Shown: in pieces, positions 56,390-64,000 of the stretch
Layout: each line of letters begins with the position of its first letter
Numbering within the stretch: position 1 is the stretch's first letter
Origin: Fervidicoccaceae archaeon
GTDB lineage: Archaea > Thermoproteota > Thermoprotei_A > Sulfolobales > Fervidicoccaceae
DNA length: 64,000 nt
Assembly: GCA_039793985.1 (NCBI GenBank)
Contig: JBAMMC010000033.1
Location: 7,186-71,185, forward strand
Direction of reading: 5' to 3'
Made by a program: the position numbers and the translations under genes
The notes under the pieces: model-generated
Seen by the model: the letters and a program-made list of their open reading frames with translations, nothing else
Told to the model about the DNA's origin: nothing
The model's database searches: none

Positions 56390-57533
56390 TACTCTTCACC
56401 TTCTTCCAAACTGAAAACAATAAGGTGAGTATCAGTAAAATTTCGTAGAGCAAAGCATAGCCAAGGTTTATATCAGCCTGTAGAGAGTGAAAGAGGAAAG
56501 TCAGCCTGAAAAGTCCGAAGCTATGTAAGATAAAAAAAGCAACTGTACCGAGCAATGAGGATGCTAATGCTTCTACTATCTTCATAGCAATGATTGCTCT
56601 AGTCACTTCTCTTCTAGGCAAGCCCAATCTCCAAAGCAATGTTATTCGGGGCATCTGGGCATTAATGATTGCGCCTGAGGCAGAGTAAACTGCCGCAGCC
56701 GAGAGGAGTAAAGATGCCAAGAGAGCCGAAAATAGTGAAGCTCTCTCTACGGATTCCATGTTCTTTGAAAGTTTGGTCGAATAGCCTGAAAGTGATGTCG
56801 ATAGTTGTGAGTTTCTAACAAGCGAGAGTAGCCAGGCTGGAATATTGATTGTTCCCTCTCTTCCTTCTTTAATATTGCCCAAAGAAGATAAGAGTTCCAT
56901 GTCTTGGTTGCTTTCAGGAAGAACCCTCACAAAGGAGATATAGTTCCCTCCAAAACCCCTGAGGAACCTGGCATCTTCTAATCCAACTATCACTTCGTCT
57001 GAAATGACTTCACCCTTCACAACTGCTGAAACTTTGAAGGTTAAGCTTTTGTTCGATATAAGGCTGAAAAGGGTTATCGTCTGCCCGGGTCTGATATTGA
57101 GCTTCTCAGCTAGCTCATATCCCACAATTGCATTGGACTGGCTCAAATTGAGTGACCCTTGGATAACTTGTAACTTTGTCATATTCAGAAAACTCGGCAG
57201 AATAACTCCCCTTGCGAGAACCACTTCATCATTGATGCTCGCAAGAACGCAGATTTCGGGGCTGAGCTTCATAGAAGACGCATTTTCTAGAAATGTATAG
57301 ACTCCTGAAGGTATTGCTCCCGTAAAAATCAGAGAGCTGGAAGGGCTATACACTATGTAATCAGGATCACTAATTTTGGCAATTTTTATTGGTGCTTCAA
57401 AAATAGTATAAGAGAATGAAATGAGGACTGCTGAGAGCACTATCAAGGCCGAAAGAAAGAGCACTTCTAGAAGCAAGTATTTTATCCCTAGTGACTTGGC
57501 TATTTTTCTAAACAATTCTCTCAGCCGCCTCAC
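56370..57533 (-). CDS. FtsX/MacB-like ABC permease
   Basis: TM1, then a ~210-aa extracytoplasmic domain, then three C-terminal TM segments (FtsX topology). Overlaps both neighbours. Confidence 0.6.
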   Translation of the reverse strand: MRRLRELFRKIAKSLGIKYLLLEVLFLSALIVLSAVLISFSYTIFEAPIKIAKISDPDYIVYSPSSSLIFTGAIPSGVYTFLENASSMKLSPEICVLASINDEVVLARGVILPSFLNMTKLQVIQGSLNLSQSNAIVGYELAEKLNIRPGQTITLFSLISNKSLTFKVSAVVKGEVISDEVIVGLEDARFLRGFGGNYISFVRVLPESNQDMELLSSLGNIKEGREGTINIPAWLLSLVRNSQLSTSLSGYSTKLSKNMESVERASLFSALLASLLLSAAAVYSASGAIINAQMPRITLLWRLGLPRREVTRAIIAMKIVEALASSLLGTVAFFILHSFGLFRLTFLFHSLQADINLGYALLYEILLILTLLFSVWKKVKSNAYEED

Positions 57534-58386
57534 TTTTTCGAATAGCTAGAGTATAAGAAGGCGCTACTATTGCTAAGGTAATGACCAAGGAGGAAAGAAC
57601 AAAGACATCAATAGCTTGCTCTGGGATTAAAGATGGAGGAAGTGGTGAAAACCCCACAATCATCTCGATTATGAAAGAAGTGGCCCTCAGAGATAGGAGA
57701 CCTACTGCCATTCCAAAGAGGTTTGAAAGAAAAGAAAGAATGACAGAAGCTTTTATAACTTCAATGAATAGGATTCTCGAAGTTGCACCGGAATGAAAGA
57801 CGTATTCCAGAGATCTTCTTAGCTGTTCAATATGTCTAATAACCATTGAAAATACGCTTAGAAATGTTATGGAAATAGAAGCTGCTATCCAATAGTTAGA
57901 GAACATGTTGATCTCTCCTAATATTGAAACAGCTATGAGCTCTTCTGAGTTCTTTTCTACCAATGTAGAATTGCAAGAAGGAGAGAGAAAATAACCATAT
58001 GAAGCATTCGATCCAGTGAAGCCAAGTACTTCTGCCTCTGAAACCTTATTTACCCAACCGACTTCAACAGTGGAAGAATTATGAATGAGCGTTTTAAAAT
58101 AATCAGGAAGGTATAAGCCTTCCTTCGTAGATGGAATGCAAAATAGCGATACCTCCCCTTTTCCTGAAATATCTGCTAAAATCGGGACTTCATAGCTTAA
58201 GTTTCCTGTTTGTGAAGCTAAATTGAGCAATGAAGAAAAAGCGCTTGAGAGAGAGGAAAAAGCGAAAGCAATTGCAATACATATAGAAGCAATGAGGACG
58301 ATTTGCCATCCATTCAATCCAGAGATCACTGCTCTGAGAGGAGCATTACTAGAACCACCGAACCTATTTCTCTCTTTTCCTGTCAA
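57508..58386 (-). CDS. Second, shorter FtsX-like permease
   Basis: Same 1 + loop + 3 TM topology. TTG start. Confidence 0.45.
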   Translation of the reverse strand: MTGKERNRFGGSSNAPLRAVISGLNGWQIVLIASICIAIAFAFSSLSSAFSSLLNLASQTGNLSYEVPILADISGKGEVSLFCIPSTKEGLYLPDYFKTLIHNSSTVEVGWVNKVSEAEVLGFTGSNASYGYFLSPSCNSTLVEKNSEELIAVSILGEINMFSNYWIAASISITFLSVFSMVIRHIEQLRRSLEYVFHSGATSRILFIEVIKASVILSFLSNLFGMAVGLLSLRATSFIIEMIVGFSPLPPSLIPEQAIDVFVLSSLVITLAIVAPSYTLAIRKSEAAERIV

Positions 58387-58475
58387 AAATCCATCCCCAA
58401 CGAATTATTTCTGTTCCCATTACAACTTAGATATTAAGATTAAATTGAAACAAAAGGATATTTATTTGAGATTGC

Positions 58476-58618
58476 GAACTACCCCGCTCTTGCGGATGAG
58501 GCATCCCCACTTTGCGGGGAGGTTTTCCTGCTTCTTCCAGGAAGCTTACTATGCACAATCCACCTCCTCCCTCACGGAATGGGGCTTTTGCCTCCTTAAC
58601 CTCCGATAGGTTAAATAG
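58476..58618. repeat. Structured intergenic element, copy A (copy B plus an ~85-nt insertion)
   Basis: It starts GAACTACCCC and ends TCCCTCACGGAATGGGGCTTTTGCCTCCTTAACCTCCGATAGGTTAAATAG. The ends align to copy B at roughly 43 of 52 positions by hand. Confidence 0.5.
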
Positions 58619-58654
58619 TTGAATGTTAAACAATAAATATTATAACATTACAAC

Positions 58655-58975
58655 TTGAAGATAGATTTGAGGTATGTGGTGATGGCAAGAGATAAAGCGA
58701 TTGGAGGATTGCTCTTAATAGCTTCGCTTGTAATAATTGTCCTATATGCTTATTTTGTATTCTTTACGTCATACGATTTGATCCTATTAAAGCTGACAGG
58801 ATTCATAGCAGTAGCTGGAGTATTTGGAATCTTATCGTGGATCGGTTATACATTAGCCACTACTCCACCCCCCAAGCCAATAGAAGAGATCGAAAAAGAA
58901 ATTGAAAGTGAACTAAAGAAGTTGGATGAAGAGAGTAAAACCAGTACTCAAGAAAGTTCTGATAAAAGCCAATAA
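58655..58975 (+). CDS. Small two-TM membrane protein with an acidic C-terminal tail
   Basis: Two hydrophobic helices, then PPPKPIEEIEKEIESELKKLDEESK. The start is uncertain (TTG at 58655 or ATG at 58682). Confidence 0.4.
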   Translation: MKIDLRYVVMARDKAIGGLLLIASLVIIVLYAYFVFFTSYDLILLKLTGFIAVAGVFGILSWIGYTLATTPPPKPIEEIEKEIESELKKLDEESKTSTQESSDKSQ

Positions 58976-59213
58976 TTCATTAGGTTTTTTGAGAGCAAAT
59001 TCCGATTTCTGTTTTTCTTAGAATGCATTACTGAATTATTCTTCATTCTGGGATTATCTTCCGAGCATTTCATAGGTTCCTCCAATTTCAATGATGGGTT
59101 TCTCTGAAGTTGGAGTTGCGATCTTCTTCATTCGCTCTCTCGAGAGAGACTTTCATTTTCGGTTTTTTCCATCCTTGCTTCAAAAGCGAAACTTTCTGTT
59201 TTGTAAAGTCTAG

Positions 59214-59316
59214 AGCCGCCGGCGGGGATCGAACCCGCGACCCCCGGCTTTCTCTGGCGACCTATCCTCCAAGCACCGTACGAGGCCGGTGCTCTACCGG
59301 GCTGAGCTACGGCGGC
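59214..59316 (-). tRNA. tRNA-Thr (anticodon CGU) with an ~29-nt intron at the canonical 37/38 position
   Basis: Reverse complement: GCCGCCGTAGCTCAGCCCGGTAGAGCACCGGCCTCGTA[CGGTGCTTGGAGGATAGGTCGCCAGAGAA]AGCCGGGGGTCGCGGGTTCGATCCCCGCCGGCGGCT. All four stems are intact once 29 nt are removed. Confidence 0.85.
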
Positions 59317-59423
59317 ACAACGCGAAATAGTACGGTCTGCACCATGAAGACCTGCAGTTGTCATAAATGGTACAAAAAAATTATAAAGCTTTGCTTGAAA
59401 CAGAAAGATGGAGCTATGCGAAA

Positions 59424-59675
59424 ATGTCCCCCCTTACAGCTTTCATTCTAGTTAACACAAAGATTGGAAAAGAAGGCAATGTATCGCAAAAAATAGATGA
59501 ATTAATTAAAAATATGGGAGATATCAAAGGGGGTAAGGTCTATTCTCTCTTCGGAGAATACGACATGATTGTTGTTGTGGAAGCCGAAGATATAGAAACT
59601 ATCGATAAGTTCGTTACTGCAGTGAGAAAGTTGGATGACGTTGTTAGGACAACTACCCTCGTATCGAGCGATTAG
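59424..59675 (+). CDS. Stand-alone Lrp/AsnC ligand-binding (RAM) domain protein
   Basis: MSPLTAFILVNTKIGKEGNV...YSLFGEYDMIVVVEAEDIETIDKFV is a typical AsnC-type C-domain without an HTH. The upstream part of the listed ORF overlaps the tRNA promoter region. Confidence 0.6.
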   Translation: MSPLTAFILVNTKIGKEGNVSQKIDELIKNMGDIKGGKVYSLFGEYDMIVVVEAEDIETIDKFVTAVRKLDDVVRTTTLVSSD

Positions 59676-59746
59676 CAATTGAGGGTTAAACAAACATAAA
59701 CAGGTCTATATGGTTTCTCTCAATAAATATTGACTTGCTGAAAATA

Positions 59747-60562
59747 TTAGTCGATTCTTTCGATGTTTATATCGTTCTCTATGTGGCGTCCATTTATTCT
59801 ATATAGCCAATCGTAAAGCTTGACGTGAAACATTCCTGGCGTCTGAGCTTCTTTCGCTGCTTCGATCGATGCTGCTTTGAAAGCTGCCATACCAGCAATC
59901 GTTCCGATAAGTGGATCTTCAACAGCTATGAATGCGCCGACAATAGCGGAAACCATACAACCTAGACCTGTCACCCTATCTATCACATTTTTTACGACAT
60001 CCACCTTCCCCTTTATTGCATAAGTCTCCTTTCCATTACTGACAAAATCTACCGGTCCAGTGATCCCAACAACGACTCCATATTTCAGAGCCACCGTTTT
60101 TGCTAGTTCCTTGCCTCTTTCCGCATCATATACGGCTGAATCAACTCCCTTAGTCTTTCCGAATTCTCCAGCCAGCGAGAGTATTTCTCCAAAGTTTCCT
60201 TTTACCACCTTGACAGCTCCTGTCTCTAATATCATCGAAGAAGTTTCTGTCCTGAGTTTCGTTGCCCCTGCTCCAACAGGATCTAGAACAACGGGCTTGT
60301 TCATTTTCTTCGCTAATTTAGCAGCCATGAGCATCGAGTAGATCCATTGGCTATCTAAAGTTCCGATATTAATAACCATAGAATCTGCGAGCGCTACCAA
60401 TTCGTTCAGCTCTTCGGGAGAGTGGGCCATTATAGGTGAAGCTCCAATCGCTAGTAGAGCATTAGCAGTGGTATTCATGACCACATAATTGGTTATGTTA
60501 TGAACTAGAGGTCTTTTTGCTCTTAATTTTTCAAGAGAGTCCCATAGCCGCTCCATTATCAT
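59747..60562 (-). CDS. thiM: Hydroxyethylthiazole kinase
   Basis: PLVHNITNYVVMNTTANALLAIGASPIMAH and VLDPVGAGAT are typical ThiM motifs. Confidence 0.9.
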   Translation of the reverse strand: MIMERLWDSLEKLRAKRPLVHNITNYVVMNTTANALLAIGASPIMAHSPEELNELVALADSMVINIGTLDSQWIYSMLMAAKLAKKMNKPVVLDPVGAGATKLRTETSSMILETGAVKVVKGNFGEILSLAGEFGKTKGVDSAVYDAERGKELAKTVALKYGVVVGITGPVDFVSNGKETYAIKGKVDVVKNVIDRVTGLGCMVSAIVGAFIAVEDPLIGTIAGMAAFKAASIEAAKEAQTPGMFHVKLYDWLYRINGRHIENDINIERID

Positions 60563-60742
60563 TCACCTATAATTTGATAATTATGCTTAATATAAATAAT
60601 TTATTGCTGAATTGAACCAAGCATATAAGTGGCTTAGATGTTCTATAACTTTCCCACAATTGTAAAAACTTAATTGCTCAAAATGGCAAAAGTAATGTGA
60701 GTTGTTGTGTCATATCTCTACTATTGTGCGAGCTGATAAAAA

Positions 60743-61039
60743 TTGGTCGAACTAATAAGGATTGAAGGCGTCTCAATAAAGCAGACGGGAACAAAGGCCA
60801 ACAGTTACTCTGTACGGGTCTTCATAAAAAATGTTGGAGACGAAACGGCTGAAGTTAATAGCATATATGTTTTCAACATATATGGTAATGTTTATTGTGC
60901 TGAAGTCTTTGAGCTCAAGCTATCTCCTGGGGAGGTTGGCTCCATATCCATGGAGTGTGAACTTGAGAAGATGGCCCAGTATTTCGTTAAAGCTTCCACA
61001 AAGAAAGGGTATGAATCTCTCTATTCTATTTCAATTTAG
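60743..61039 (+). CDS. Small beta-rich hypothetical protein
   Basis: 98-aa ORF with a TTG start. VRVFIKNVGDETAEVNSIYV is reminiscent of CARDB-like beta-sandwich modules. Weak support. Confidence 0.3.
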   Translation: MVELIRIEGVSIKQTGTKANSYSVRVFIKNVGDETAEVNSIYVFNIYGNVYCAEVFELKLSPGEVGSISMECELEKMAQYFVKASTKKGYESLYSISI

Positions 61040-61215
61040 CTAGGATATTTCATTAATTATCTTCACAGGAGATTTCTCAGTAAATTCATGAGTATTAACG
61101 ATATTGGAGAAAGTCAGTATAATCCAGAACCAATTTCGGAACGAGGTTATTAGAAGAGAAAGTTTAAGTAATTAATGGCTTTGAGCTAAAAAGCATCTGC
61201 AGAGGGAGAATTAGA

Positions 61216-62559
61216 GTGGCTGAAAATAGAAAAGCTGATCTCCTAAGTCCAGGAAATTTTGTTAGAATATTCACAAAAAGCGGTATGGTTCTTGAAGGTC
61301 TTATCCTTCAAAGATACGAAATATTCGATCCAGATTACATAACGCTCAAATTGGACAATGGATACAACATAGGAATAAGAATTGAGAATATATCACGAAT
61401 AGAAGAACTGCATGGAGCAGAAAGGCGGCATACCGTTGAATTTGTTCCCGAGTCTTTCCAGGCAGAAGTAAAGAAGGGAAAGAGAATACATATCTTGGCA
61501 ACTGGGGGAACAATTGCTAGCAAAATAGACTACCTTACTGGTGGAGTGACGCCTATACTTAAGACCGAAGAATTGCTGGAAGTTATTCCAGAGCTCAGAA
61601 GCATTGCTGATTTTTCAAGTGAAGTGTTAATGAGCATCTTCAGCGAAAATATGAATCCAGCTCGCTGGGAGAACATTTCGAAAAGAGTCTATGAACTATT
61701 GAGGGAAGAACCCGACAGAAGCATACTCATTACCCATGGAACAGATACTCTTGGGTACACAGCTGCCGCACTGAGCTTCTCCATTGGTTCTCCTTCATCT
61801 CCTATAGTTCTTTTGGGATCTCAGAGAAGCAGTGATAGACCAAGTAGCGATTCAGCCTTCAATCTGATAGCAGCATCTCTCTATGCAAAGGAGGGCCCTT
61901 GCGAAGTTGCTGTTGTAATGCATGGAGAGAGCGGAGATTCATATGCCCTTGCTCATAGAGGCACGAGAGTGAGAAAGATGCACAGTAGTAGGAGAGATGC
62001 TTTCCAAAGCATCTCCTCAATCCCAATAGCTAAGATTGAGCCTCGATCTGGAAAAATAACCTTTCTCAGAGATGATGTGAGGAAGTGCGATAGTGTGGAT
62101 AAAGGAAAAATGAATGAAGAGCCGAAGTTGAAGTTTTCCGATAAGATTTTTCTATTAAAATTCTTCCCTGGTATGCCAGGAGATGTAATAGACTTCCTTG
62201 TGGAGAAAGGGTTCAAAGGGATCGTAATAGAGGGGACGGGGCTCGGACATGTTAGCGAAAATGTCATCGAGAGTATAAGGAATGCTGTTGAAAGAGGCAC
62301 CATTGTAACAATGACCACGCAGTGTCTGTTCGGTTCAGTAAATCTCAACGTCTACAGTACAGGAAGATTGCTTCAAAAAGCCGGAGTAATAGGTTTGGGA
62401 AATATGCTTCCTGAAACTGCTTATGTGAAGCTTTCTTGGGCACTCGGGAACTTCGGTGAAGAAGAAGCTAGGAATATCATGCTCAGAAATATAGCGGGAG
62501 AATATGAAGAGCGTGAGCTGATGTCTTTCTACCCCAGGTGGTATCACGGGGAGGTGTAA
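61216..62559 (+). CDS. gatD: Glu-tRNA(Gln) amidotransferase subunit D
   Basis: Asparaginase-type motifs [10 protein letters not shown] and THGTDTL; 447 aa; directly followed by gatE. Confidence 0.9.
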   Translation: MAENRKADLLSPGNFVRIFTKSGMVLEGLILQRYEIFDPDYITLKLDNGYNIGIRIENISRIEELHGAERRHTVEFVPESFQAEVKKGKRIHILATGGTIASKIDYLTGGVTPILKTEELLEVIPELRSIADFSSEVLMSIFSENMNPARWENISKRVYELLREEPDRSILITHGTDTLGYTAAALSFSIGSPSSPIVLLGSQRSSDRPSSDSAFNLIAASLYAKEGPCEVAVVMHGESGDSYALAHRGTRVRKMHSSRRDAFQSISSIPIAKIEPRSGKITFLRDDVRKCDSVDKGKMNEEPKLKFSDKIFLLKFFPGMPGDVIDFLVEKGFKGIVIEGTGLGHVSENVIESIRNAVERGTIVTMTTQCLFGSVNLNVYSTGRLLQKAGVIGLGNMLPETAYVKLSWALGNFGEEEARNIMLRNIAGEYEERELMSFYPRWYHGEV

Positions 62560-62564
62560 TTATA

Positions 62565-64000
62565 ATGGAGGCTCAGAACGATTGGAAGAAGCTTGGACTG
62601 AGAGTCGGGCTGGAGATCCACCAACAGTTGAAGACTTCTAAGAAGCTTTTCTGCAACTGCCCTGTTACTTTAGTTGAAGGAGGGATGGAAGATGTTTTTG
62701 AGCGGAGCTTGAGACCTACCAGAAGCGAGCTAGGAGAGGTAGACATAGCTGCCTATTTTGAGTGGCAGAAAGGGAGGATCTATGAATATCATGCTCCAAG
62801 GGAAGCGTCGTGCTTGGTAGAGGCCGATGAAGAGCCTCCGCATATGCTCAACAGAGAGGCAGTTGAGATAGCTCTTGGAATTGGTATGGCTATGAATTCG
62901 AATCCTGTTGATGAGATACATGTCATGAGGAAAATCGTCATAGATGGATCCAATACAACCGGTTTTCAGAGAACAGCTCTAGTAGCATTAGGAGGAGAAA
63001 TCAATGTCAATGGAAAAAAGATCGGAATACAGACTATCTGTGTTGAGGAAGATGCGGCGAGAAAGGGAGAAGATAGAGATAGAGTATCTTCCTACATTCT
63101 CGATAGGCTTGGAATACCCCTTATAGAGATATCAACAGCCCCGGACATACAGAGCCCAGAAGAGGCTTCCGAAGTAGCTTCGTGGATTGGAACTCTTCTC
63201 AGACTGACTGGAAAGGTTAGGAGAGGAATCGGTACTATAAGACAAGACCTCAACATATCAATAGCCGGTGGCGAGAAGGTCGAGATAAAGGGAGTGCAGG
63301 AGCTTGATCTACTACCGAAGGCAGTCGCTCTAGAAGCTATGAGGCAGAAGAGGTTATTGGAACTGAGAGAGGAACTCAGGAGAAGGGGGATTGATAAAGA
63401 AGATTTAATTTTCACTCCAGTCGATGTGACAAACATCCTCAAATCCTCGAAGAGCAAGGTCGTCGAGAAGAATCTCTCCAAACCAGGAGGAAAGGCTCTC
63501 GCAATCTTGTTGAAGAAATTCAAGGGAATGCTCGGCTATGAGCTTCAACCTAACAGGAGGTTTGGAACTGAATTGGCGGATTACGCAAGATTCTACGGAG
63601 ATGTAAAGGGGCTCTTCCATGGGGATGAGCTACCCGGCTATGGAATTACGGAAGATGAGGTGAGAAAAGTATACGATGCTCTAGGAGGTGACCCTGAGAA
63701 AGACAACTTCATTCTAATAGTAGACGAAGAAGAAAAGGCGCTCAAATCACTGAAGGCAGTTGTAGAAAGAATACGAGCGGCTTTCGATGGGGTTCCAAGA
63801 GAGACGAGGGCGGTTCTTCCTGATGGAACAAGCAAATTCATGAGACCACAACCGGGTGCGGCTAGGATGTATCCTGAGACTGATATTCCCCCCATCCCAG
63901 TAACAAAGGAGATTTTAGAAAAAGCGAAAGCACTGAAACCTCCTACTCCAGAAGAAAAGAGGAAGTACTATGAGGAACATCTAGGACTCAGCTCAAATCT
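62565..64000 (+). CDS. gatE: Glu-tRNA(Gln) amidotransferase subunit E (3' end beyond the window)
   Basis: ATG at 62565. [22 protein letters not shown]...[10 protein letters not shown]...[12 protein letters not shown]...[14 protein letters not shown]. Open to the window end and absent from the ORF track, probably because no stop is present. Confidence 0.9.
   Translation, partial: MEAQNDWKKLGLRVGLEIHQQLKTSKKLFCNCPVTLVEGGMEDVFERSLRPTRSELGEVDIAAYFEWQKGRIYEYHAPREASCLVEADEEPPHMLNREAVEIALGIGMAMNSNPVDEIHVMRKIVIDGSNTTGFQRTALVALGGEINVNGKKIGIQTICVEEDAARKGEDRDRVSSYILDRLGIPLIEISTAPDIQSPEEASEVASWIGTLLRLTGKVRRGIGTIRQDLNISIAGGEKVEIKGVQELDLLPKAVALEAMRQKRLLELREELRRRGIDKEDLIFTPVDVTNILKSSKSKVVEKNLSKPGGKALAILLKKFKGMLGYELQPNRRFGTELADYARFYGDVKGLFHGDELPGYGITEDEVRKVYDALGGDPEKDNFILIVDEEEKALKSLKAVVERIRAAFDGVPRETRAVLPDGTSKFMRPQPGAARMYPETDIPPIPVTKEILEKAKALKPPTPEEKRKYYEEHLGLSSN

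Noticed and set aside
59110-59451. 113-aa (plus) and 78-aa (minus) ORFs across the GC-rich patch at 59128..59364
   Set aside because: They overlap the intron-containing tRNA-Thr gene. Their openness comes from the GC-rich tRNA sequence, so they are spurious.
60697-60765. Possible frameshifted signal peptide (VSCCVISLLLCELIKIG) upstream of the 98-aa ORF at 60743
   Set aside because: The hydrophobic stretch is only about 10 residues, it needs a +1 frameshift, and it has no class III signal-peptide features. The evidence is too weak.

Overview
This is a 64-kb chromosomal segment from an archaeon. It is moderately AT-rich, uses AGA/AGG for Arg, and many genes are translationally coupled through ATGA/GTGA overlaps. 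The gene content points to a TACK/Thermoprotei-like lineage: archaeal DnaG, GatD/GatE, DtdA, the Gar1-TFB pair, SRP19, S8e, a CdvB-type ESCRT-III protein, an unlinked 5S rRNA and an intron-containing tRNA. Most of the window is housekeeping: ValRS, TyrRS, SerRS, SufS-like desulfurase, TrxB, two geranylgeranyl-reductase paralogues, UppS, Tmk and ThiM. It also holds a peptide ABC importer with embedded hydantoinase A/B genes, and two tRNA-Thr genes. No CRISPR array, integrase, transposase or recognisable defence gene was seen. Seven things deserve a second look. (1) A CdvB-like ESCRT-III gene is coupled to an RHH/coiled-coil protein, whose C-terminal domain has a paralogue 19 kb away. (2) That paralogue closes a four-gene operon made of a Pol-beta-like nucleotidyltransferase, an unknown protein and a divergent CitG-like protein. 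(3) Three related structured intergenic elements share the core AACTACCCC, and one of them carries an ~85-nt insertion. (4) A nine-gene MoxR/DUF58/DUF4350/DUF4129 operon ends in what looks like a split and order-swapped DUF1616. (5) One cluster combines two FtsX-like permeases, a polytopic membrane protein, an ABC ATPase and a GtrB-like GT2. (6) A cysteine-synthase gene is decayed. (7) The TFB has a degenerate zinc ribbon. All family assignments come from motif recognition by eye and memory, not from searches.
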